From: Vicugna vicugna
Lineage: Eukaryota
DNA length: 64,000 nucleotides
NCBI GenBank assembly: GCA_013265495.1
Contig: MU058636.1
Span: 2,728,001 to 2,792,000 of the forward strand
Direction of reading: 5' to 3'
The notes under the pieces are model-generated. The model searched no databases, was not told the DNA's origin, and worked only from the letters and a program-made list of their open reading frames with translations. Both the position numbers and the translations under genes were made by a program. Shown piece after piece: positions 26,467 through 38,770 of this stretch. How positions within the stretch are numbered: position 1 is the stretch's first letter; the number at the start of each line of letters is the position of its first letter.

Positions 26467-29400
26467 ATCTTCGGTGCTCTAGAGCAATTTGTAGAACACA
26501 GGAACTGTCTGCTCTTGGCAGGTTTGGTAGACGACCGTGGCGAAGCCGTCTGGGCCTGGTGTTTTTGTCACTCTTTAATAGTTGTCTCTGTGGACATTTG
26601 GTCTGTTTAAACTTTCTCTAATGGGCTTAATTTTGGTAATCTGTATTTCTTTAGAAAATTATCCATTTAATAACAGATTTCAAGCTGATTTTGTACAGAG
26701 GTCTGCAGTGTAGACTGTTTCGATTTTTTATTCTTTTTTTCTGTTTCCTTCTTATCACTTCTTATTTTGTTAATTTGTGCTTTCTCTCTTTTTTCTTGTT
26801 CAAGTTAGCTAGTGGTTTGCTATTTTGTTAACTTTTTTTCAATTAAATCTACTGTTTTTTACTTCTCTACATCATTAATTTCTGCGTATCTCTTTATTAT
26901 TTCCTCGCTAGCGCTTTCTTTTGGTTTACTTTGATGTTTGCTAGTTTTTTCAGCTAGGTATTTTAGTCATTTATTTACATCCTTTCATTTTTCACTGATG
27001 AAAGTATTTCCTGCTATGAGTTTTCCGCTGATAACTGCTTCAAATGCATCCCATATGTTAGTGTTTTTGTGTTTTGTTTTTAGTGGTTTTTAAATTTTTT
27101 TCAAATTTTGTTTGTATTTTCTCTTTCACCAAAGGAGGCTTTTAAATTTTTTCAGTAGATGACCTTTTTGTTTTTAGTTTTGGTTAATGATTTCTATTTT
27201 CCTTCCATTGGTTAATAATCTCTACTTTTATCGCATTGTGATCAGAGTGTTGTTTGTAATATTACTAACTCGCAGAACTTACTGATGTTTCCTTCTGATC
27301 ATTTTTTGTAAATGATTCAAAGGCTCTTGATAAATAGACATATTTGCTTACATTATCAGAATATGAAGTTCAATCTATAGCCATAGACTTACCTAATTGA
27401 TTATGTTTTGTTTTTCTTGTTTGTCCACTTGATCTGTCTTGAACTAAGAATGGTAAATCTGCTTCATAAAGTAGGTTGCTATGTTATTTGGAAAACAGAT
27501 ATTCATAAGTGTTTTATCTCTATTATAAATTTGCCTTTTTGGCATTAAAAGGGGCTTCTTTGTTGTGTTTAATTAACACTTTTAGGCTTGAATTCTTTTA
27601 TTTGTTGGATATCCAGATTGCTACTCTTGTTTTCTGGTTGTTTCCATTTACCAGGAATACCTTTATCCATCCATTTATACTTTGCCTTGCTGGAATCATT
27701 TGGTTTTATATATCTCTTGGATATAGCATATATTTGGGGCTTACATTGTAAGCTGAATTGAGAATAGTTTTCTTTTAATTGGTGAAATTAGGCCATCACA
27801 CTCATTGATATGGCTGATATACTTGGTCTCAAGTCTATCATAATGTTTTATAATTACATCTATTATGTTCTATTCACTATATTTCTTTTTCTAAAGCTGT
27901 ATAATCTTTGCTCATTAATTTTGAAGAATGGAATTTAGGGACACTTTATTTTTGTTTTAGTGGTTACATTTGTGCTTAAATCTTTTTTGAGTACTCACAG
28001 ACCCCTGTTTTCTTATCTAACCTTAGGCTATCCAGTTTGCCAGTTTTTAATTATATCCTTTAACTCCCCTTTATTGCCTCACAGCAGCCAGTGAGCTTAA
28101 TTTACTTTCTTTATTCTCTCTTCCATTCTTTATTAGTTTTTAGTTTCATTATTTCTATTTAGTTGTCAAGATATAAGCATTTGTACATTAGTCTTCTATC
28201 TTCATACTCACATTTGTTCTTGTCTTAGATCTACAATTCTCTACATAAATCCTTACATCAATCTTTTTGCTGAAAATTTCCCAGTCATCTCTTAGTTGAA
28301 TGAAGCACATACTCTAGGCTGTTCCTTTGCTACCCACAGGTACAAAATTCCCTGTGTCCTTGTGTTTCAAACTTTTTCTATAGCCTTGACACTTGGACAG
28401 CTTAACTTTTTAGACAGGGCTTGTTTTATATGTTCTTTCATTTTTCATTTTTTTAAAATATTGCCCCATTGTTGTCTTACTTTGACTATTAAATATTTCT
28501 GCCCTTATAATTAGGTAATCTTTTTGCCTAGGGGTCTTGATTTTCTTTAATCTCTGAATTCTAGCAGGCTTAATAGGAGTTAAATAGGAATTAAACATGT
28601 TGGAGTTGTTTAAGTCTGAGCTAGTTTCCTAGGTACCTAGTGGGTCTTTTCAATATAAAGATTCTATTCTCTGAAAAGCTTTCTTACAGTATGTTTTTCA
28701 AGTAACAGACCTGTCCCATTGTTTTATTTTTCCTCTTCAGGAGTCTAATAATGTGAGGATTAATCTTTATCAGTTTTTCATTTCCAATATTTTCTCTAAG
28801 ACCTCTTTTAATTCTTTTTCTCATTTTTATTTTCTTGATTGCTTTCCTACATTTTAATATGCTCCTCATTAAAATTTTATTTTAATTCATCATGCCTGGG
28901 GCATGTTGTAATTTACTGTTTATTTTCTGAGATAACTGTCTCTTTCTTTCATTTCAAAATTCAATCAACTCTCTTTTGATTATTTCCTGTTCTTTGTACA
29001 TTTCTGTTCTTGGGTTTTGTATTTCTCTGTCAAGGTCTTTTTTTCATATCTCCTGGTGCTAGTTTTAGTATATTTAATTCAGCTTGAAGTGTTCTCTTAC
29101 AGTTTTCTTCTGCTTCATGGTTGTTTCTTGGAGGCAATTGTCATCAGTTGAGGTATGTTTGATCTTATTTTCTGATTCTTGGTAAAAACTCTTTATTTGT
29201 TTTTTTTTTTTCCTGTTCATTTTTGCAGTCTTGGGCTGATTTTCAAGATTCCTCTTTGGTGCCTTCTTCTGTCAGTGTAGCATAGTCCAGATTCTTCAGT
29301 GGATTTTGTGGGTGAGTGGAGCCAGGGATCAGGTCCTCTGGTTTGGGGATACTCTCTTGTCCTGCAGCACCCTAACTTTCCCTCTAAATATCTTTTTCCC

Positions 29401-29919
29401 TTCAGCACCTAATTGCTGTAGGACACTTTTTGCCTTTTTTCTTCTTTTCCAGAAGCTCTTTATTTCAAAGACTGCCACTTCCAGTCACACATATCTTTAA
29501 GTTCCCTCCTGGGAGACCATGCTTCGATCTACTCGGAGACTTCTATAATACTTCCACACTGAGAGTGTACTAACTACCCCTGCTCTTTTTAACCCCATAG
29601 TTTTTCTCACCCAGATCTTCCTCAGAGAAGGAAGAGCAAGAGTATGAGAGATTGCTTTCTGGATTTGGGTGGGTTTTATCTTTTTACTTATAATCATTTT
29701 GAATTTAGGCATTCTGGTTTTAGGTAATTTTTTTCTTCTTGTTATTCTTTATTGATTTATAAGAAGTGTTTGGAGATATGGACCTAGGTGGAGTCTGTGG
29801 TCTTCCTTCTCTCTCTTTCTAAAATTCTTACTGTATCTATAGACTATTCCTCTATTTTCTCTAAGACATTTATTTGTACCTCTTATCTTTTCTCTCTTTG
29901 ACCTGAGCCGGTTGTTGAC

Positions 29920-30680
29920 CTTCATTTATTTATTTATTAACTCAATAAATATGTATTCAGTACTACCCTGTGCTAGGCACTGTTCAAAGCAGAGAACACA
30001 ATAGTGACAGAATGCTGAAAACTCGCAACCTAAGTGGGAGTACATCCTATTAGAAGGAGATAAACAATGAACAAACAAGCAAGTTATGGTAAGTACTTTG
30101 GAGAAGACAAAATCAGGGGACGAGAGTGTAAGGAGTAGTGGAAGATGTAAGAGTGTGTGGTGAATTTACAGAGTAGTTGCAGAAGGTCTCTCTGATAAGG
30201 TGACAGCGGTTAGGGAACAAGTTGTGTGTACCCAGAAAGGGGATTGCAGGCACAAGGACTGGGGGAACAAAATGCCTGAGGAGGGAAAACACTTGACCTG
30301 TTGGCGGTGCACCAGGGAGGCCAGCGTGGCAGGTGATGGGAAGAGTCCTAGATACAGAGACCAGGGAGGTGAGAGAAGACCAGTTCATGAAGGGCCATCG
30401 AAGGGACCCTGGCTTTCATTCTAAGGAAGAAGAGAAGCCACTGAAGGATAGAGAATAGAAAACAGACATACTTTTTTATTTATAAAATTTCTCCTACTCT
30501 GATTTGTTGAGAACAGACTGGAGGTAGGGACAAGGGTAGACACGGGAGCATCAAATGGCTGTTGCCATAATCCAAGGGCAGTATGATGGCAGCCTGGACC
30601 AAGATGCTTAGAGCAGAGGTGTAAGAGGTGGTCAGATTCTTGGTCTGTTTTTAAGGCAGCGCTGACAGGATTGCATGTAG
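29920..30680 (-). mobile_element. L2 LINE 3' portion
   Basis: ttcattt...caataaatatgtattcagtactaccctgtgctaggcactg; aggtggtcagattc...ttaagg...ctgacaggattg. Confidence 0.8.
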
Positions 30681-33511
30681 GTTTATAGTTAATTACATTA
30701 TTTTCAAAGAACTGTGGTCACCTTCACCACCAGTACAGACACTTTGCAAACAGCAGGTATAATCACTAGTTGTGGGACATCTGCCATGTCCTTCCCTGAA
30801 GTGGTAGCATATTTGGGAATCCGGGCACGTGATGTAGAGTAAAGGCTATGGAATTGTTGGTTTGAGGCCACATGGCAATCTACAGTGAGCATCACTGACA
30901 GCGTCTAGTGACAGACCCACCCAGATAAATGGCCAGGTTCTTATCATGAGTGGGAAAAAGAGAAAGAGGCAAATGGCAGGGTGGTTGTGAGTCAGCTTTC
31001 TCCCACGCTTGTATCGTAAAGATGACAGTGGGAAGTGGCACTTAATGTCTGTGCTTCTTCAGAGCTCCAAATCAAAAGAAAAGTCCCGGTGGATGTTGGA
31101 GCAGTTTCTCCATCTTTGCTTGGCAGTGTCTATGCAGTTGGGTCTGAGGATCACTGTTCTTCAGGGGTTTTGAACAAACACCCTCCAGATGTTAGAGCAG
31201 CGGCTGTGTTGTTGCCAGTCAGCATGTCTCTCTGCTTCAACTTTAACCAGGGTGAGTCTGCTCAATCTTGAATGTATTATTCAGCATTCACTGGTGCCTA
31301 CTGTGTGCCTGATGCTGCGCCACATGATAAGGATGCAGTCGTGTCCTTACAGTAAGACATGGTCGCCGCTCTCCCGGAGCTGGGGGCCTCATATAGGAAG
31401 ACAGGCAGGCAGATCAGATAACTATTTAATTGCCGTGGTAAGAAATGCTGCGAAGGAGGAGCAGAGGTTTCTGGGAGAACCTGAACCCGGTGGAGGGGCT
31501 GGGGACTCGTCTTCCCACAGGTGAGAAGCCCTGTGCCGAGATCAGTGGCACCTCACTCCCATGCAGCAGTGCTCCCAGGAGGGCTGTTCTCGGGGAGGCC
31601 ACTGCTTCATCACGGTGTAGCAATCTTCACAGCTCAGCAAGGAGGGCTGGGGAGCTGGGATGGATGCCTAGGTCGATCGCAGACGCCATTCTACTGTCCA
31701 AACCCTTTATAACGGCCAGTCGCGTTGTTGACTGACATTCAGCTTACGGTCCATGGTGACCCCCTTCTCATCTAATATGTGTCCAATAAACAGATGCTCT
31801 TTGCAGTTTTGCCAGCAGTTTTCCCACCGCTGTATCTGATTCTGTCAGTTCTCCAATCTTGTCCAGCCTCTTTACTCAGGTAGTAAAGATCATTTGGAAT
31901 TTCAGTTCTCTTAGAGAGTAGTCAGCTCTTCTGACTGCAATGCAGAAACCTAAGGAGGATGCCTCTCCTGCAACCATCCTAGTGACTGGCTCAAAAGGAG
32001 AAAAACATAAAGGTACTGTCAAAGACTGACAGACTACAAACAGGAAAGATCATTATACAACAGCAGCACCTTCCTACGTGGATATGACAGAAAGGTGGCA
32101 TCTTCGTAGCTCTCTTTTGAAAGTATCTCAGAACAGAATAGTATGCGTTATTTGTTTCTTTTTAAAATTCCCTTAATATTCTAAATCCTGTTTATTACAT
32201 CAAAGGTGTTTCAGGGCATCTGTTGTCTGTATGCAGATGATCAAAACCACCAATTTACTTCCAGTTTAAACATTTCTGTTTGGTATTTTCCCATTCCAGC
32301 CCGTTCTCCCCTCATTAAAATCTCTAGATGGATTGTGTTTGGTAAAAGCTACACACGTTTTCCTGGCGATCCCCTTTGCTAAAATCCAGTGCAAGAACCA
32401 CAGCTCGTATTTCAGATGCATGGAAAAAGGAGGGGAATGGTCGGTGGAACCAAAATAAACAGATGGTTGCCTTGGCAATCTGTAAGGGGCTTTTGCAGGG
32501 TCGTTTTTCATGGTTTTCTTTGAAATAAACAGTGAGACAGAGATATAGTTTTTATCTCGTTAACCTCTTGCAAATGGTCCCATGGCTGACAAACTGCTTG
32601 AGACACCGAAGTGCTTCTGCCAAGAAGCCACCATCCCCGAGTTTAACTCCAACAAGGTCCCCTCCCATGTCACTTCAGGAGATGGTCATGGAGACCTGCT
32701 CTCGAGGCAGATTGCTCGTGCAGCGGGTGTGAACGTGAGCAAGGCACAGCAAGGGGGCATGATATTTTGGAGAAGACAGATGTAAACGATTATTATTACA
32801 TGAAGCAGAATGTCATCAGCAGTAACACGTACACAGAATGACATGCAATCGCAGAGGGAGCAGATTCACTCCCATGGAGGATCCGGGAGAGGAGGGGAGG
32901 TGGTGCTGACAGGACTGGGCAGGCAGGTTTGAGCAGAGGGAGCCTTGGGTCTGGCAGGGGTGTTCGGGGGCAGGGGGCTGGGTAAGGAACTCCAAGTTCA
33001 AGGAAGACAGAGAAGCAGGAATAATGAAATGGAATATTTGAACACTGACTTATGCACATGGTTTCCACTATGACAGTGTAAAGCTGTTTGTACATTGGTG
33101 TGTAAATGTACCTTGAAAAATAAAAACCACTACAGTAGGGGCTCTTGTTCCAAGTTTTGAAAATGTGGGCAATTGCATAAATATGTTTGAATCTCCTCTT
33201 TCTTTGGGTAGCCTCCCCATCTCACCCTCGTCTCCTGTGGGCAGTGGGGACGCTCAGACCTCACACAAGAATGAGCAGTAATTTTCTGTGACAGCGCAAT
33301 CTAAATCCTAATGTAGGAGGACACAGTTCCAAAAGGTGCAGAAAAACAGTTCTGCCCAAAGAAAGCCTTCTGCACATGGCTGTAGGGAGAGAGACATGAG
33401 CTTCTGGGACCTTCCCACTCCCACCCGCAACACGGTCTTTTCTCTGTCTTCACCTGATCAGACATTTATTGTGCAAGGATCGTCTACCCGCAGGGGAATG
33501 CAAGCCACCAC

Positions 33512-33990
33512 TTTTTAATTTTTAATTGTGGTAAAATGCACATGACATAAAATCAACCATTTTAGCCATTTAAGTGTACAGTTCAGTAGCATTCAGTGCA
33601 GTCACGTGACGATGCCACCAGTCTCTAGAACTCTTTCCATCTTGCAAAACTGAAACTTTGTCCCCGTGAAACAGCTCCCCATTCCTGCCTTCCCCCAGCC
33701 CCTGGCAACACCGTTCTACTTCCTGTCTCTATGACTTCGACAACTCTAGGTATCTCATGTAAGTGGAATCATACAGTACTTGTCTTTTTGTGATCGGCTT
33801 ATTTCACGTAGCATAATATCCTCAGGGTTCCTCCGATGTAGCAGGTGACAGCATTGCCTTCCTTTTTAAGGCAGAGTAATGAATGCTTTTTTGTACGGGC
33901 GGGCCACACTTTGTTTATCCATCCGTCAGTGGCCACTGGGCTTGCTTCCACCTCTGCTGTTGTGATCAGCGCTGCTGTGCACGTGGGTGG
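33512..33990 (-). mobile_element. L1MB-like 3' end
   Basis: ttaattgtggtaaaatgcacatgacataaaat...aagtgtacagttcagtagcatt...taagtggaatcatacagta. Confidence 0.85.
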
Positions 33991-35299
33991 ACCGAGGCAT
34001 GGCTTCTTGCAGTATAAAGGTTTTCTCCCAAGGTGTCAAAAGTCTCAGGAACAGCCCTCAGCCAGGTTTAAGCCCAAGGTCCTGGGAGCTTCTCACTCTC
34101 TGAGGCCTGCTCAGGCTCCCTGCCTAGAAGGGCAAGACTGTATGAGAAGGAGGCAGCGCTGTCATAGAGCTCAGGCCGGGGTCACTGCCCTCCCCCTGAA
34201 ACACTTGTAACACAGGCTGGCAAGATGGTAAACAGTGCAGATTCATTCCCTCTCCCCTAGTTCCTATTCCTCAAGGGTCAGCTCCTGTTGTATGAACTGT
34301 GTTTTTTTCCAAAAGCTTTATTGGAGACCTATACAAATGTGTATGTGCGTATAGTTTCGCTCTGTATTTTGTAAAAATCTGTTTTCTGACTCAGCAATAT
34401 TTCACCATTCCATACAGTGGAAAGATGTTGGCTGTCTAGTATTTCCATTTTTGTGCTGTTACAGACAGTGCTAAATGGAATATCCTTATGCATGTATCCT
34501 TGTATATATGAGTGTTTTTGTAGGTTAGAAGTAGATCTCTTGGTTCAAAGTGTATATACATTTAAATTTTTGATAGGCACAACCTAAAGAATTATGCCAG
34601 TGTGCCTGTTAGCACTAAAGAAAGATTTGAGCTTATTCTTTCAAGTTTAGAGCACACATTCCAGTCTGTTCTTATTTAATCACCAAATATCCTTGTCCTC
34701 TCTACAAGCAAATCTAAATAACTTGTCCTATTTAATTAAAATCTGCTTGGAAAATCTAAACTTAGTAAAATTATCTGATTTTAACTGTTGTCTGCTTACA
34801 GTCTTAGGCAAATAGAATGGGCAAAAATGCAATTATACATTTCTGCAGATGGTAAATTTCAGGATTTTTCCTTTGAGGTACAGGAAGTATAAAGTTAATC
34901 GTGTAAATATTTGCATCTTCCACTTCCAGGATTACGTAAACATGTTTTTAAATACCACATCTCTTTTGAAATTTAAAGGAAAACAAAAACAAAACCTTTG
35001 CCCCCACCACTCCCTTCCCTTTTTGATTTTCAACTGTTCAAAAAATTACAAATTATCCAGAAAGATCAAGTCCTCTAAGACTGTTATGCTAATATGCCCA
35101 GGAGATACATCTGCCCCACACCCCAGTTTTAATTACTTAAACCACTTGAATGGTTTGTGTATGTCAGCTGAGACAAGTGATTTCACAATTATAGTTCAAA
35201 TATAGAGATTTCCATAAATGAGGCCAGAAGTGTTCCTGGCACATCAATTTGAAAATGAGCAATTGGTGGTCCCCCCAGGCAAGATGCCCCGAGAGGCGG

Positions 35300-35901
35300 G
35301 TTACATGCAGGAAAGGCTATATTTAACACGTTTATACGTATTTTCACTTCTCGGGGAAATAGAAAGCCAGTATTTGAGCAGAGTCGCGCCTCTCCCAGAC
35401 CTCTCCCTAGCCCTCCGCCCGGAGCATCCCTGGAAAAGCAGCTCTTTTGTGTTTCCTGCGTCCTCTGCAGGCGTGTCTGCGTCGCGCAGGGGCGCATCCG
35501 CACGCGGGGGAGGGCTGGGAGCGGCGCGCCGGCTGTCCCCTCCGGGAGGTGGCATCGGTAAATGCTCGATTGTTATGCGACTATTGATTTGCCTCACTCT
35601 GAGGATTCCAGTGGCAAAGTGACCCTCCCTCCGCCTGTCCCCTCCCTTCCTGGCTCCTGCCCTCCCCCCTCCCTGCAGCAGGAGCCGAACGCGGCCGCCC
35701 TGCGCTGCTCCTCCTCCTCTCGTTCTTCTGGCTCCTGGATTCCTGAAGTTATTAGGAGAAATAAGGTAGCCGAGGGGACCACATGGAAGTTGTGACAGCT
35801 CCCAGCGGCGCGCCCCTCTCGCTTGAGCCGTTTCCTCGCCTTAGGAATTGCCCGCTGACACGCTGAATGAAGGAGGTCCCCTTGCCAGCCAGCCTGCCGG
35901 G
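35300..35901 (+). promoter_or_regulatory. CpG-rich internal promoter and 5' UTR of the short MTUS2 isoform
   Basis: Local CpG/GC enrichment about 35380-35830 (e.g. gcggcgcgccgg, gcggccgccc), GC boxes, and MEF2-consensus CTATATTTAA at 35317-35326, directly upstream of the first coding exon. The TSS cannot be fixed from sequence alone. Confidence 0.8.
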
Positions 35902-35955
35902 ATGGGCCACTGCTGCTGCAAGCCTTACAACTGCCTTCAGTGCCTGGACAAGACG
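35902..35955 (+). CDS. MTUS2: MTUS2 short isoform, alternative first coding exon (MGHCCCKPYNCLQCLDKT)
   Basis: ATG in strong Kozak context (GGGATGG), 18 codons, then a GT donor at 35956 in phase 0. Splices in frame to 45858. The peptide matches my recollection of the human MTUS2 short-isoform N-terminus. Lies just downstream of a CpG-rich region. Confidence 0.92.
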
Positions 35956-38309
35956 GTACTCTGCCTTCCCTCTCTCTCTTCCTCCCCTCCTCCTTCCAAA
36001 GGGCAGAGAGGCCAGAGCCAGCCGCCTCTGTCCCTGTCCCCAGCATGTGTGTGCCCTTGTCTCGTGGGCGAGCAGGAGGCTACCTGACTGGTTCCAGTGT
36101 GCTGAGTTGTGAGCGGTGTTCGCAGGGACACCGGGGCTCAGACTCTGCAGTGCCTTACATAATTGTCTCCCTGTGGTCTCCCGCGTAACTGTTGCATTCT
36201 CTGGAAACAGTAGGGCTCTTGAAATCCCAACTGCCAAGAAATCTTTGGAGTATTCTTACTTCATTTTGATGTGCCTGTGAAACCTAAGACATTCCAGTGG
36301 GGGAATTTAGATTAGCTAGACGTGCTTGGCCAACTGCTAACTCTGAAAGTTTGCCACTCTTCCTGACACGCAGCGTCCCTCCTTGTCATTTCTGTTCCTG
36401 AGGTCAGAGAAGCATGCACCAGTCCCGTTATTCTCTCCGTATGTGTTCGCGTCACGCAGGGGTGAATAACGCAGAGGTGAAAACTTAAGGAGCCAGAGAG
36501 TCTGAGGGTGTGTTCCAGCTTCCACTGCAAGGAAAACTCACAGCCAGGGGGCAGAGAACACAATGTGAGCAAGACTTGTATGACAATTCCAGCAGAGAGC
36601 CTTTTTGCTGCTGACATTTGCCTGTGCGCTTGCAGGGGGACTAGGGTACGCTTTTAATTTCAGAACTAGGAATGAGTTGGCAAGAAATCATGTCTCTGTG
36701 ATAGATTTTATTATCACACGCACTTGGATTTATCTAAGATGCGTGAAATGGAATTTAACAAGGGGTTGAAATTGCCTCCTTTCTACCCATGGGGGTCAGC
36801 TAGATGGCTTGAGGTATAGTCTGGGACCAGGTGAAAGGAAATAAATGACTTAATATAAAACTCATTACAAGGAGGTCACTTGGGAATGTGTTAGTTACCA
36901 GTTCTGTTTATGAACTTTGACCTAAAGTAGAGTTAGCTACCACCTAGGAAAATTAAACTGGTATCTTAGAAGTCACCTGGTCCTTCTCTTCCCATAGAAA
37001 TAATTGTCACAGTGAGATTACCTTTGCTTCCATGAATAAAAACTAAAATGTTTATACACGCATTTCTGTGCTTTTAACAAATAGCAATATAAAACATTTG
37101 CACTCAATTTATCTGCAAATCCAACATTGAAGTGAGTAAGCCCTTTTCCAGGAGAGATGGTCACCAAAAGGTATTGAAGGAGGCTTGTTAACAATAGTTA
37201 TTAGAAAAGGGAAGGACTTATTACATGTACAACAGCAGTACAGTACTCATAATTCTAAGCTCTGGTACAAAAGTTTTAGAAATAGAAACTGTAATATAAA
37301 GGCCTTTTTTGAGAAAATGTATTTTAAAGTGAATCCATCCTCCTTTTTTGTTTTAAGTCAAGTTCTTGAAAAAATGATCCCCATTCCTTCTTTAAGCTGG
37401 AGATTTTAGGAAAATAATTAAATATTATTTCATCTCTTTGGCAGCATATTTGTGTTTCAAATGTTTTAGCTTTGAAACTTTGAAACTTAATATAAATTTT
37501 TCTTTCCTGGTGAAAGCTTAAAAACTTACCCTGCACTTGTCAACTTTCTCACTACGTTAGACCCACAGTTCTTGATGTTTCTTTGCTCTATTTTAGAATG
37601 GTATTCCTGTTGGAGGTTTTGTAGATGTGTGTTCAGAGGTGCTCATTTTAGGAGTTAAGGGGCTTTCCTTTTTCTAATTAAAAAAAATCATTGTTTTATT
37701 TAGTTGCCCACCTTTCAGGATACCTTCACAGGCAGCGTGCCAAAATCATTTGTTTATTCTGTAGTTACCTACTGGGCCATGCATTGTACACGAGGACTAA
37801 TATGGGATTCCGTTCCAATCTCAAACCCTGGAAGTCAGTACTCCTTTAAATCCCCCAGTCAAGTCCTTCAGTCTGTTAATCAGCTCTGACACTCTCAGCA
37901 CCAACATGGTTTGAAAGAGACCTGATAAAATGGTCAGTGGAGTTGTTGCTGATGACTTTAGCCCATTATAGTAAACAAAGAAAGAATAAAAGAAACATCC
38001 TCCCAGAGCTTTGTGTAGGTACAGAACAGAAAATGTTGTTTTGTGAAGTAAAAAATTTTTAACAGTTTGATCACAGTGCAACTAAAGATGTTCTGAAAAG
38101 AGCAGGGGCACATTTGAAGATACTTCTTAGGTCATCAGTTTCAGAGAGAGGCTACGAAATGGAAATCGTAAGACACGGCTTTAGCATGAATTTATTGCGG
38201 GGAGCAATGGAGTAGAAACCCAGAGTAGAAAATGAATTTAAAAAATTATTAAATGAACAAATGGTTTTTAAGAGCTGATTGTGCTTCAGTATTTTAACTT
38301 TAAAGACAC

Positions 38310-38770
38310 CTGTTCATTGACAGTATTCACTGCTCATTTACTATGTGCCCAGTTACTATGGGGACTCTTGAAGAATTCTCAAAAGGCACAACCTGCCCCA
38401 TGGAGTTTACCAGTTATTTGTTTGGCTGTACGTCCTCCTTTTCCAGAAAAATTGCAAGTGGGGTAGGCAGCAGTGACACATGCAGAGCGATTCAAACAGT
38501 AGTCCAGCCTGGAGTGTAATTAAGTGAAAGTTACGCGGTGCCGACCGCACCTGTTTCTGGAATCCAGTCAAAGGAGCAATCAGTCGGTGCTGGAATCAAA
38601 GGCAAGGTTTCTTGGAAAAGGTGGGTCATGACTTGCACGTTGAGGAACGGGGTAGAGTTTTGAGAAGGACTGTAACTAAGCAAAGAGCACAGGGGTAAAG
38701 ATATTTCAGGCCACTCTGGTGAAAGGTGAGAGTTAACACTGGGAAACACGAGCATGTAGGGAGTGTGGGA
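38310..38770 (-). mobile_element. L2 fragment
   Basis: gttcattgacagtattcactgctcatttactatgtgccc...gaatcaaaggcaaggtttcttggaaaaggtg. Confidence 0.55.

Larger units (their letters stand above)
24340..29200 (-). mobile_element. Old L1 (L1ME-like) antisense fragments covering ORF2 and ORF1, interrupted by a SINE and MLT1
   Basis: Long T-rich tract with antisense L1 motifs (gttgcaaatatcttc, aagccgtctgggcctggtgttttt, attgtgatcagag). Confidence 0.7.

Noticed and set aside
1..35300. Additional MTUS2 long-isoform exons upstream
   Set aside because: No segment with splice sites and an MTUS2-like peptide was found. The region looks like one large intron, although small or non-coding exons could be missed by eye.
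35848..35901. In-frame N-terminal extension of MTUS2 from TTG 35848
   Set aside because: Non-ATG start. The ATG at 35902 has a strong Kozak context and matches the recalled isoform start.
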